A DNA stretch of 64,000 bases, from NCBI RefSeq assembly GCF_009914755.1, contig NC_060928.1; one strand, written 5' to 3'. The notes under the pieces were generated by a model. That model saw only the letters and a list, made by a program, of their open reading frames with translations. It was not told the DNA's origin and did no database searches. Positions within the stretch are counted from its first letter, which is position 1. The number at the start of each line of letters is the position of its first letter. The translations under genes were made by a program, and so were the position numbers. The DNA comes from the human T2T-CHM13v2.0 reference genome, Homo sapiens. This document shows, one piece after another, positions 35,017-48,541 of the stretch.

Positions 35017-37417
35017 TGATACATACAGTCTGGCTCCGTGTCCCCACCCAAATCTTATCCTGAATTGTAATTTGAATAGTAATCCCCACATGTTGAGAAA
35101 AGGACCTCGTGGAAGGTGATTAGATCATGGGGGTGGTCCTGCCATGCTGTTTCTGTGATAGTGAGTGAGTTCTCACAAGATCTAATGGTTTTATAAGGGG
35201 CTTTTCCCCGCTTCACTCTGCACTTCTCCTCCCTGACACCATGTGAAGAAGAACATATTTGCTTTCCCTTCTGCAATGATTGTAAGTTTCCTGGGGCCTC
35301 CCCAGCCCTGCAGAACTGTAAGTCAATTAAAACTATTTCCTTTAAAAATTACCTTGTCTTGAGTATTTCTTCATAGCAGTGTGAGAATAAACTAATATAG
35401 TAAATTGGTACCAGTTAGTGGGGCACTGCTGTAAAGATACCCAATATGTGGAAGCAACTTTGGAACTGCATAGCAGGCAGAGGTTGGAACAGTTTGGAGG
35501 GTTCAGAAGAAGACAGGGAGATGTGAGAAAGCTTGGAACTTCCTAGAGACTTGTTGAGTGGCTTTGACCAAAATGCTGACAGTGATATGGACAGCGAAGT
35601 CCAGACAGTGGTAGTCTCAGAAGGAGATGCAGAACTTGCTGGGAACCGAATAAAGGTTACTCTTGCTATGCTTTAGCAAAGAGACTGGTGGCATTTTGCC
35701 CCTGCCCTAGAGGTCTGTGGAACTTTGAGTTTGAGAGAGATGATTTAGGGTATCTGGCTGAAGAAATTTCTAATCAGCAAGGCATTCAAGAGGTGATGTG
35801 AGTGCTATTAAAAGCATTCAGTTTCATGTATTCACAAAGATATGATTTGGAATTGGAACTTATGTTGAAAAGGGAAGCAAAGCATAAAAGTTTGAAAACT
35901 TTGCAGCCTGATCGATGTGATAGGAGAGAAAAACCTGTTTTCTGAGGAAAAATTCAATCTGGCTGCAGAAATTGCATAATTAATGAGGAGTCAAATGTTA
36001 ATTGCGAATACAATGAGGAAAATGCCTCCATAGCATGTCAGAGACATTCCAGCAGCCCCTCCCATCACAGACCCAGAGACCTAGAAGGAAAGAATTGTTT
36101 GGTGGGCTGGGTCCTAGGGCCACCCTGCTGTTTGCAGCCTAGAGACTTAGTGACCTGCATCTCGGCTGCTCCAGCAATGGCTAAAAGGGGCCAAGGTACA
36201 GTTCATATCATGGTTTCAGAGGGTGCAAGCCCAAAGCCTTGGCAGCTTCCATGTGGTGTTGAGCCTGCAGGTGCACAGAAGTCAAGAATTGAGATTTGGG
36301 AACCTCCACCTAGATTTCAGAGGATGTATGAAAATGCCTGAATGTTCAGATAGAAGTTTGCTGCAGTGGTGGGGCCCTCATGGAGAACTTCTGCTAGGGC
36401 AGTGCAAAGGGGAAATGTGAGGTCAGAGCTCCCACACAGAGTCCCCACTGGGGCACTGCCTAGTGGAGCTGTGAGAAACAGTCCACTGTCCTCCAGATGC
36501 CAGAATGGTAGATCCCTGAAAGTCTGTACCATGCACCTGAAAAAGCTGCAGACACTCAACATCAGCCCTTGAAAACAGTCAGGGGTGGAGGGGGTGGGGG
36601 GGTGGTGTGGGCTTTGCTGTATGCTGCAAAACCACAGGGGTGGAGCTACCCAACGATGTGAGAGCCCACCTCTTGCATCAATGTGTCCTGGATGTGAGAC
36701 ATGGAAGCAAAAGAGATTTTTTGGAGCTTTAAGATTGAATTATTGCCTCATTGGATTTTAGACTTGCATGGAGCCTGTAGCCCCTTTATATTGGCCATTT
36801 TTTCCCATTTGGAGTAGGTGTATTTACCCAATGCCTGTGCCTCCACTGTATCTAGAAAGTAACTTGCTTTTATTATATAGGCTCATAGGCAGAAGGGACT
36901 TGACTTGTCTCAGATGAGGCTATGGACTTGGACTTTTGGATTAATGCTGAAATGAGTTAAGACTTTGGGGAGCTGTTGGGAAGGCACAACTGTGTTTTGA
37001 AATATGAGAAAGACAAGATTTGGGAGGGGCCAGGGGCAAAATGATATGGTCTGGCTCTGTGTCCCCACCCAAATCTCATCTTGAATTGCAATCTTAATTG
37101 TAATCGCCATATGTTGTGGGAGGGACCCCGTGGGAGGTTATTAGATCATGCGGTGGTCCCCCCATGCTATTCTCATGATAGTGAGTGACTTTTCACAAGA
37201 TTTGGTGGTTTTATAAGGGACTTTTCCTCCTTTGCTCTGCTCTTCTCCTTCCTGCCATCATGTGAAGAAAGACATGTTTGCTTCCCCTTCCACCATGATT
37301 TTAAGTTTCCTGAGGCCTCTCCAGCCCTGCTGAACCATGGGTCAATTAAACCTCTTTTCTTAATAAGTTACCCAGTCTTGGTATTTATTCATAGCAGTGT
37401 GAGAATGGACTAATACA
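35017..37417 (+). mobile_element. Complete MaLR provirus (THE1D/MSTA-like): 5'LTR 35017-35399, internal 35400-37041, 3'LTR 37042-37417
   Basis: Two homologous LTRs (tgata…ctaata(c/t)a). Internal region starts gtaaattggtacc. Purine tract tgggaggggccaggggcaaaa precedes the 3'LTR. Perfect TSD cccta at 35012-35016 and 37418-37422. Confidence 0.96.
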
Positions 37418-37508
37418 CCCTATAATCTAATTCTTTAGTATTTAGTCATCCTACATGATTCAAGTTTTTATTTTGATATATCTGTCCCTTCAAAGTGAGA
37501 CTTACCAA

Positions 37509-37629
37509 TTATAGTAGCCCTACAGTGTGCTTTGATAATTACACGTTGTATACATGTATTGAAATATACACTATACCTGATAAATAGGTACAATTATGTG
37601 TCAATTAAAATCAATAATAAAAGCAAAAA
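37509..37629 (+). mobile_element. Very short 5'-truncated L1MA 3' end
   Basis: ttacacgttgtatacatgtattgaaatatacactatacc…tgtgtcaattaaaa plus tail. TSD aaagtgaga(c/t)tt(a/g)ccaa at 37492-37508 and 37630-37646. Confidence 0.8.
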
Positions 37630-38459
37630 AAAGTGAGATTTGCCAAAATATCTCACTTTTATGAGTTTAAGAAATTGAATTTCCCTGTTGTCATTGAAAA
37701 AGAGACAATTTACATTCTTCTAGAAAACAGAGCCAAGTGATACAAGGAAACTCAAAAGGTCAAAATGGAGAATAATAGATACAATTTAAGTTAGGAAAAG
37801 AAATGATGAAAGTGAAAAATTGAATTTTAAAATAAAGAGATGTTAGTGTATTTTTAAATGTATATGCAGAAGTGAATCAGAACACGTAGAATACAAATTA
37901 AGATAAGAGAAAATTTTGCAAACAAACTTTTGCAAACAAACCACTGCTAAACCACCAATTTTATCACTCCTGTGAACCACATTGAAAAATACCCACTCCA
38001 AACCTTGTGCCTTACAACATTTGCAATGTATCTGTCCATTTATAGGAGTTCCTCACACCAACTACAGTGCACGAATTTGAGAAGCCAGAACATTTGCTCT
38101 TTGGCAAACTGATGACCAGCTGATCCTTTCTTGCCTACAGTTCCTAAATTTTTAAGCCAACACTCTAATATAAGCCCTCAAGCCATCTATGTTCCCCATA
38201 CATTCATCCTAATTCTGATAGGCACTTGTCATCTATGACACAGTCTTTCACTACTCCTCTCCAATCCCATCACACAATCTGACAGTGACTTTTCTGGGTT
38301 AAGCTTTTGTTATGTAAACCCCTGAGACCTAGATGCTGTTTGTTTCCACAATATAACCTAGCCTATCTTGACCAATATACTCCTGAGTAACAATATCTGT
38401 TATTGAGCACTCTCAAGAGCACTGTTTTCATGTATTAATTCTTATTCACCTCAGAATCT

Positions 38460-39915
38460 GGATCCCAGTTCAATCATCCCCTCTCTCTTCCTTATGAGCA
38501 TTACTCATTTAAGGATCATGCCATTAACAATAAAACCCTTGAAAATTTTCTCTTACATGGCTGGCAATCAATCTGGATGCATTCAATATTCACAGGTATG
38601 ATCAATTCACGAATTTACCAATCAGTTATATCACTGTATCACTTCAATAATCTCAATACCACCTCCACCCCACATTCCATATGCATACACACATATTTTC
38701 ATCACCTGGATCAGTTTTGCCTCTGAAATATGGGATTCATTCATGTCACTTTCTGAACACAGCCCCTTATATGCCAACTTTGTTTGTTTAATCATTCTCC
38801 AATAAACCAATTCTTCAACCTCATCAGGACCCTCAGGATACTGACTCTTCTAATTTATCTCATTTTTATCTTAACGACTATTGACCTCACAGTTTTTTAT
38901 CTCTGGCAATTGTAAACCTAATGATTTTGCACACTTTTGTCAGTATTCACAGTGTCTTTACTTCACTTTCCTTTCCTTTCCTACCCCCAAAAAAGCTACT
39001 TTGGATGAACAAAACTACTTGCTCTCTCTGCAGCTTCACCTCAAAAAATATGTTATTACTGGGTAGACTGATTTCACTATAAATTTATGTTTACCAATAT
39101 CAACTGGATCCCCCTATACTCACTGGAAATACTAATGGTCCACTATAACTCATTGTTTCACTCTACAAAAATTCCCCATTATTCTTAAATCTCAACTTGA
39201 TTCACTCTTGCCTTGTTTCTTTATCACAGAAATCCCAAGAAATCCCTTTGAATTCCCAACCACATAACCTGCTAAGCTACAAGCATCAGTAACCATATTT
39301 TCATTCATTGTTCAATCTATTGATTTTCTCCACTCTTCCTTGTATCTCCAAACTCTTCCTTTTTAGTTTTTTCCGTCAACATTTAACCATGATCATGATT
39401 CTTCCCTAGCTTATAATTACCCAAGCATAAAAGTAGTCCTCATAATTCCACCTAAAATACTTTCATCATATTCAATAATGATGTTAAATGCAAAGAACTT
39501 ATACATATATCATCTTCTTTCATCATTTAACAGTATTTTTATACAGACGGCCACATTTTTCTCTTTAGCTTCTGCACCCCGCACTGTCTTGATTTTTCCC
39601 TAATGTTCCTAGCTGGATAATCTCAGCCTAATTCACAGAACCTTCTTCTATGTCCAGTTCCTTAAACCATCAGTATACCTTTAGATTTTATTCTTGGTTC
39701 AAATTCTCTACTTATTTCACACACACTTCTGAGTGATCATGTATACACACATGGCCTCTACTATCTACATAGACTATATATGAGTGATTAACACATTTAC
39801 CTAGAGAACAGATTTCACTCCTAAGCTCTTGGCTAACGTAGATAAGTGCTTACCACACATCCCCACATAAGTGTTAATTGGGAAACTTAGAAACAACCTA
39901 TCCAAATTATTTTTT
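38460..39915 (+). mobile_element. Degraded LINE-2 fragments
   Basis: Pyrimidine-rich L2-like phrases (ttcactataaatttatg…caactggatcccc; gatttcactcctaagctct). Boundaries are approximate. Confidence 0.55.
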
Positions 39916-41032
39916 AATAAATCAAAGTGTTTCAAGAAACAAGGAATAGAGCATATGAGGCACAAGGAATTTCCAGGTTGTTGAGTAAGGAAATGCACAG
40001 GATGAACCTGTGCAACAGACATGGAGAGGAACCTTTCCCAATTGAAATGGGAGAACAGAGGCCCAAGAAGGGATCCCAGAGAAAAACAAAGCTGATAAAT
40101 ATACACTACATTTAAAGAAATTTCAGAGATGTCTCACTAAATAGAGTGGGGATTAATTAGCAATAAGCACATAGAAAACAAATGACAATATTAGACTGTT
40201 ATTAACTCCAGGAAAAGCAAAAAATTAACAACAGAAGAAATGTAATCATAGAACACTTCTTGAGTCATCTGTGAATATTGGTTACATAATTATAAAAATA
40301 TAAATATTGACTGCTGATGTACCCAAAATTTTAATATAACTATATTGACAAAATAAGACAAAGAACAAGATGCTAATAAATTATATATAACATTGAAAAA
40401 ATAAGAAATAAAAATATAAACAAAGGGTATTTATTACAATAATTAGCTAAAAAGATGTGAGCACATTATTTCAAGATAGTAAAAACCTGGAGAAGAGGGG
40501 ATGGGGCAGGTGACTACTATTTTAAAATATTAGTGTACTAATACTATTTTGCTTTTTAAGTAATATATATGTACTCTTTTGATATAATTTGAAAATATTA
40601 ATAAAGATTTTAAATATATGTATCTTGCTCTAGATGCGGAGGTGTGAGGTGCAAATACTACAAAAATACTAGGTAGAAAATACAAGGAAAAAGGGTGAGT
40701 TGGTAAAAAGAAGACGAAGCATGTTGCTGCATGTAAAGTGGAGAGTATTTGCCTGGTTAGTGAGTAGTTAGGAAAACTAGGAGATAAGAAAGAGAATAAA
40801 GTACATAGGAAATGGTTGCTAAGCTTGTTGAGGGTGGATAACATGTATAATTTACTGTCGATACAGTAGGTAGCCTAAAGTTATTATGAAAAGAAATACT
40901 TTACCGAAGTACATGACAAGTTGATGAAAGGACATTTAGAACAAACTTAATAATGGTACTGAATCTCCTTTGATGCTAAATGAAAACTTACTCTCTGAGT
41001 ATGTTTTGAAAATGTTGGGATGAAGGATGAAC

Positions 41033-41220
41033 CTAGAGTTGCCATATAAAAATACAGATGCCTAGTTAAATTTTAGTTTCAGATAAACAACACATTTTTA
41101 TGTATGAGTGCCCCAAATATTACTTGAAATTTACTTATAATAAAAAAGTATTAATTGTTTATCTGAAATTCAAATTTAACTGGAAAACCTATATTTTTGT
41201 TTGCTAAATCCGGCAACCCA
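41033..41220. mobile_element. Palindromic hAT MITE (MER53-like)
   Basis: Termini tagagttgcc…ggcaaccca. Internal inverted arms agttaaattttagtttcagataaacaa / ttgtttatctgaaattcaaatttaact. Confidence 0.85.
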
Positions 41221-41319
41221 AGGATGACCTGACAGACAAATAGAAATGCAAACATTCTGGTTGAAAAATAAGAAATTACATTAACTAATGTTTTTAAATT
41301 CATTTAAGAACCTAAATTT

Positions 41320-42009
<690 letters not shown>

Positions 42010-42208
42010 TTACCCTTGTTAAATAAAAATAAATATTTTTGTAAAATAATGATGCTAGCTTCCTAACTGGGTGAACACCACCATGAAGCCACCCTCTTGC
42101 CCCATATTCAAAAGAATTAATCATCCTCCTGATACACATCTAAGTTCCTAACCAAGAGCAATTTAGAACAGAGAAATTCATTACTTCCTTGCAAATTAAA
42201 CTATAAAG

Positions 42209-42415
42209 CAAGGGTTGGCAAACTGTGGTCTACCAGCCTGTTTTGTAAATAAAGTTGTATTAGAATACAGCCATGCCCATTTGTTTATACATTGTCTATG
42301 GCTGCTTTCTCACAAAAATGGCAGAGATGAATAATTGTGACAAAGACCTTATGGCTCACAAAGCCAAAAATATTTACTATCTGGTCCTTTACAGAAAAAA
42401 GTTTGCCAACTGCTA
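42209..42415 (+). mobile_element. hAT-Charlie MITE (MER58A-like)
   Basis: caagggttggcaaac…ttttgtaaataaagttgtattagaatacagccatgccc…ccttacagaaaaaagtttgccaac-type end. Confidence 0.85.
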
Positions 42416-43371
42416 CTCTGAAGGCTACCTTGACCAAGAGGACACAGCAGAATCAGGCAAGTGGATGTGAGTGGACCTAAAACTAAGCCTTCTTTTCAAT
42501 AGCTGAAATTTTAGTGTGAATTATAATCAGCTCAGGAGAGATCAGAGTTAGGCTGAGTTAAGCAGAATTATTAAAAATCATTTGCAGACTGAGAATAGTT
42601 TATTTTTGGTCATCTTTCTTCCAATATTTTCTCTTATTGTTACAATCTACCATGTTAAGTGCTAGATTTTTACTTAAAATGTCAACTAGATCGTACACAT
42701 TGTCTTCAAATTTTCAGTTTGTTTTGCTTGGAGAAGAACCTGCTTGCTGAGTTTGTGCTTAGACTTCCACCTGGCCACAGTGGCTGACACAGAAATATGG
42801 GTTTGCAGTCTTAGAATGAAAATGAGAAGTAAGACTTAAGTAAATTAACTTTGTAAATTCAACATATTTTGATAACAGCAAGCATCATATTATATCACAG
42901 ATATAATTGATATTTTCAGTTTTAGCTGTTTAGTCAATTGAACTTTTAAATGCAACCTTGGAATTGAAAATTATAAAGCTGCTTATAGGATAAAAATTAG
43001 TCATTTTCTCAAAAAAAATTTGAGAAGTCTGTTCACTAAAATGTCATAGGTAATAAAATCTGTTTTCTACCAGGTAGCACAGATGTAGATGCTTTTTAAA
43101 AATTCCTATACAATAAAAGTTGATTTTTTTCCCATACATTTATCATTGGCTTATTTTCTCATTAACATATAAAAATATGCTGAAAGAGAGAACCTGTTAA
43201 ATAGTTTCATCACTTAAAATTATTTTATGGAGACAGAAATTTATTCTTGAAAAAAAAGGACTTGACTTTTCTCCTTGTGAATGAGATACAATTCTCAAAA
43301 ATTATATCAATATTAAAAGCATGTATTTTAAATAAACATTTTAAAATTCTAACATTTTTACTTGTTTAAAA

Positions 43372-45285
43372 CATTTTCTTGAGATATAATTAACAAATAA
43401 TACAATTCACCTAAAGTATGCAATTTAGTGTTTTATACATATTCACTGTGTTATGCAGTGATCTAATTTTAGAACATTTTTGTCCGTCAAAAAAAAAATA
43501 CCCATTATCAGTCATTCTTCATTCTTCTCCATTCCACCTACCCCCAGCCTCAGCTTTAGGCAACCAGTAATCTACTTTCAATATTATAGATTTGTCTGTT
43601 CTAGAAATCTCATATAAATTGAATCAGACAATATGTCTTCTTTGTGACCGTATCTTACCATGTTTTCAAATTGTATCCATTTTATCACATGCATTAGTAC
43701 ATTTTTTTCATTGCTGAATAATACTCCATTGTATAGTTACACCACATTTTATTTCTTCATCAGTGAATGGACATTTGGACTGCTACCACTTTTTGGGTAT
43801 TATAGATAATGCTATGAACATTTATGTACATAGTTTTTGTATGGATATATGTTTTATTTATCTTAGGTGGAAACTTAAAAATGGAAGTACTAGGTCATGT
43901 GGTAACTCCATGCTTAATATTTTGAGTAAATGCCAAACTTTTTCCAATGTCACAGCACTATTATTTTAAATTCCCACCAGCAACGTGTGAGGGTTCCAGT
44001 TTCCCACATTCTCACCTATACTTATTACTGTCTTTTTATTATAGCCATCTATTGAGTATGAAACTTTAACTCATTGAGGTTTTGATGTCCATTTCTCTAA
44101 TGGCTAATAGTGTTAGAGTACTGTTTCAAGTGCTTAATGGGAATTTATATATCTTCTTTAGAGAAATGTCTATTCTGACACTATACCCATTTCTCAATTA
44201 GGTTGTTGGGTCCTTTGGGTTATAAGAGCTCTATATGTGCTATATACAAGTCTCTTATCAGATATAACATGCAAATATCTTACCCCTTTCTGTAGATTAT
44301 CTTTTCACTTTCTTGATGACATCATTTTCAGCACAAAAGAGTTCAACTCTGAGGTAGTCCCAATTCATTTGTTTTTTTTTTTTTTTTCTGTTGTTGTTTG
44401 TGCTTTTGCTGTTACATTTACCCTAAGGTCATGAAGATTTACTTGTATGTCATTTCTTCTGAGAGTGTTATAACTTTGTTCTTGAATTTAGGTCTGTAAT
44501 CCATTTTGTGTTATTTTGTGTTTGTGCGAGGTAAGGGTTCTACTTTATTCTTCTGCATGTGGATATTCAGTTTCCCAACCCTGTTTGCTTAAAGATTATT
44601 CTTTCCTCTATTGTCTTGATAGCCTTGTCAAAAATCAACTGATCATAAATATGAGGGTTTATATCTGGACTGTCAGTTATATTCCACTGATCTATATGTC
44701 TACCCTTATGCCAGGACCACACTGTCTTGATTACTGCAGTTTTGTGGTAAATTTTGAAATCAGAAAGTGTAAATACTCCCGTATTCCTATTCAAGATTGT
44801 TTGGCTTTTCTTGAGGTCTTGCATTTTCTTAAGAATATTAGGATGATGTTGGACTACAGCTTCTTCCTTATAGAGTGGTGGCTAGGTGGGGGAAAAGATA
44901 CCCAATCCTCTCAGTGCACCTACCTGCAACATGAGGCTGGAAGGAATCGGAAAAGGCAGCCTTCCCCACTAGAGATGAAACTGCAGCACCAGACTAGGAG
45001 CTGGAGAGTAAGTCCCTTGCCTTCTTGGCTGTATATACCTGAGGGAATTTCAGTATCACAGAGCTGGTGTGGAGCGGGGAGTAGTGTAAGGGAGTGAGCC
45101 ATGACTCAAATCCCAACTCTTTCTGTTCTAAAAGAGATTTAGTAAGTTTTCTTAAATAAATGTTTCTCCATTCTCTGTATGCCTCCAGGATAAATTTAAA
45201 GACTTTAGAGGTTTGCTTTTTATAATTTTCACCAGTTAGAGTATTGTTTGTTAAGGAGAGTCCTACTAAGCTCCTTATCACTTTG
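43372..45285 (-). mobile_element. L1MB-like element: 3'UTR and ORF2 C-terminus (43372-~44850) joined to probable L1M 5'-end sequence (~44870-45285)
   Basis: ORF 44567-44824(-) gives TLSDFKIYHKTAVIKTVWSWHKGRHIDQWN…IYDQLIFDK (ORF2p homology). The 3' end ttgagatataattaaca…aattcacc is L1MB-type. The 5'-end assignment is from memory. Confidence 0.8.
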
Positions 45286-47098
45286 CATAAACTTTAACAA
45301 TCTGCTTGATTATTATAACATTACTGTAAGATGAGGAGTAGCAGGTATTTTTCTCATTCTTCAAATAAGGTTAAAAACGTTGAATGTAGAAATAGAAATT
45401 ATGCATCTGAAAATAAAGCATATATCTCTCAACCAACTAGTTTCATCAGTTCAAGCTGCTTCTGTGTTGAAATAAGTCTGGAGAAAAAGGTCAATTAATG
45501 TAATTTGCCTTCTAAAATTCACATGATCCTGTGTCATGGTTTTGTCATGTCGATTTTTATGAAGTTGCAAAGACAGTCAGACCTAGCTAGGCAGCACTTT
45601 TGTCAAATGTTAGTAAGATATACCACTTAACTATCTTTAGTAGAACTTCTTAATAGAAAGCATGCAAGAAACAGATAAATTGGTGTTAATAGACTAGAGT
45701 TAAAATTTAGATACATTTTCTAATGATTTGTACTAGTTTATATCACACAACTTTAAAAAATGACATAGAAACCACAAATGCATACACACAGCTAAGCTAA
45801 CTCATAGGGAAACCTGCCACATTTAGACAAAAAATATGTGATCAACTTAAGACAAAATTGTGATGTAGACCATTGTTTCTTCTTCTACACAGTCTTCTCC
45901 TGCTCTAATAACAATTTCATTTCTCCAGCTGCAAATGTCTGGTGGGCTTGTGATCTTATTCACAACTATTCACATCTTAGTGTGGTACCCATTCAAGTTG
46001 TCTGCATCTTTACTTAGGTTTGAGTTAAAGACTATATCTGCATAGTATCTGGCATCCTCAAGAGAGTAAGAAAGACGTTTTGGAATGCAGTGAAGCTGTC
46101 TTCTCCTACACTCTGAAATCACTCACATGTGGGTAGTTTTCTATTCTACTTACGCATAAGGATTTCTCTACAAGAAAGATATCCTTTCTGCTTGTGTAAC
46201 TGAATGATTCTCCTGAATTTACAGCTTCTACCCCTCTATCAGTCATTGTGACAGCACTTCACGGCAATACAACAAGAGAGATTGAAGACAAAGACAACTG
46301 ATCTGCCCACCAGTCAGATGTGATTACAGCTCTGCACATCAATGTTTAGATTATAAGGCAGTGTATACCATCTTTATCACAATCAGATGAGCCACTTACT
46401 GTTCATTGTCAGGAAAGCCTAGAAGAGAACACATAGCACCAGACACATTGTGTCATCTTTCTTTCACTGGAAAGTAAAACTGGAGGACAGAAATGAAAAT
46501 TAACCAGTTTAGGGATTCAGAACTTAGCTGAATTTGTTATTTAACATCAGATATATATCACCTTTTTATTTTAGTTCTTTGAAGAAAAGATCTAGCTAAG
46601 AATACAGGGAGGGGGAGAGGACATTGCAATGCTTCTAATTTTGTTACAATTTTTGGTCATGCTCAGTGTCAGGTAGGAAATACTGAGATGCAATAGAAAG
46701 CTGTCCTTTCTTAGGTTGAATCTTCCAGAGAAAGAATAGCAAAAGGTTAACAAAATCCTGTTTGAAGCATACCTGGTTATGTAAGAGTCCCAGAAAGGAG
46801 AGTATAAAGCCAGTGGAGGACATAAATGGAGTTGATAATGCCATCTAAGTAAGTTCTATTACCCATCTTTCCAGGAATCTGCCCTAACTGTGTCATCAAC
46901 AGAAGTATTATTTAAAAAATGGTAGTTTTATACAGCTCAAGTCATCTTCTTATCATGAAGTTCTAATGACAGACTTTTAATGGCAATGCAGAATAATTGT
47001 TGAGTATACATTGTACACTCCTACTTGGCTTTTTTAATTAATAGTAATAAGTAAACAATGTGATATTTTGTATGTTTTAATAATTTTAAGTCAATTAA

Positions 47099-47410
<312 letters not shown>

Positions 47411-48007
47411 TAGCCTAGGCTTATGAACAATAAAATAGTCAGTACCACTTTCCATTTATTTGGCTTACATTCAAAACCTTATTCTCTTGCCTTTGCACCC
47501 TACATCTAATCCATCAGAAAGTCTTAAGAATTCCACCTTTAAAGATACCTCAATCTACCATGTCTTACCACATAGCCACCTTCACAACTTTTAGATTCTT
47601 CTAGGAGTCTCCCAGAAGATTCCACTTTTGCTTCACTTCTGGCAATTTTCTGCACAGTAACCAGAGTGAACATTTTTTTAATCAGATTATTTCGCTTTCT
47701 TACTTAAGACCTACCAATGTCTTCTCTCTTCTCAGCTTCTTCAAAGAAATTTCAAACTCTTTATGATGGCCTGAATGCCTAGTATAATCCAATCCCAATG
47801 ACTTATTCTATTCAAGCCACACTGACTTCTTGCTCCACTTTGAATATGGCTTTCTCCTTAACAAAATAAGGTTTATGTTTCAAAAGAAAATACAGTGATT
47901 CAATACGACATTAAATCCTTCTATATGATAGTCCCCTTGAACAATGCCAAGTAATACCTCTTCAGGAATGAGTGGTGGGCAAAGTAATGATAAGTTCTCT
48001 TACTAGG

Positions 48008-48541
48008 TGTATTAGTCAGGGTTCTCTGGAGAAACAGAGCCAATGGAAGATAGATAAGGGATAGAGATAGATAGATAGATAGTCAGATAACAGAGATTTA
48101 TTATAAGTTAAAGGCTCATGCAATTATAGAAGCTGAGAAGTCCCATGATCTACTGTACACAAGCTGGAAACCCAGGAAAGCCAGTAGTGTAGGTCAAAGG
48201 CCTTAAAGCTGGAGGGCCACGGTGTAGAGTCCAGTCTGAGCCTGAAGGCCTGAGAACCAGGAGTACCAAGGGTAAGAGAAGATCAATGTCCCAGCTCATG
48301 CAGTCAGGAGTCAGGCAAAGAGAGAGCAAATCTAGCCTTCCTCTGCTCTTTTGTTCTATTTAGGCCCTCAGTGGATTGGATGACACCCATCCACATTATG
48401 GATGGCTATCTGGTTTACTCAGTCTACCAATTCAAATGCTAATCCTTTCCCAAAGCACTCTCACACACACCCAGAAATAATGTTTAATCAGATATCTGGG
48501 CTTCCCATGGCCCAGTCAAGTTGACATATAAAATTATCACA
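48008..48541 (-). mobile_element. ERVL solo LTR (MLT2B-like)
   Basis: tgtattagtcagggttctct…(GATA)n…cccagtcaagttgacatataaaattatcaca. TSD ctagg/ttagg. Confidence 0.9.

Noticed and set aside
36099-36572. ORFs in the MaLR internal region
   Set aside because: Short fragments in several frames with no RT, integrase or intact gag; MaLRs are non-autonomous.
34540-37940. Possible old hAT DNA-transposon remnant flanking the MaLR provirus
   Set aside because: Only a vague resemblance; no terminal inverted repeats or TSD identified.
44516-45097. 193-aa plus-strand ORF
   Set aside because: Antisense to L1M sequence, starts at a non-ATG codon and has no recognisable domain.
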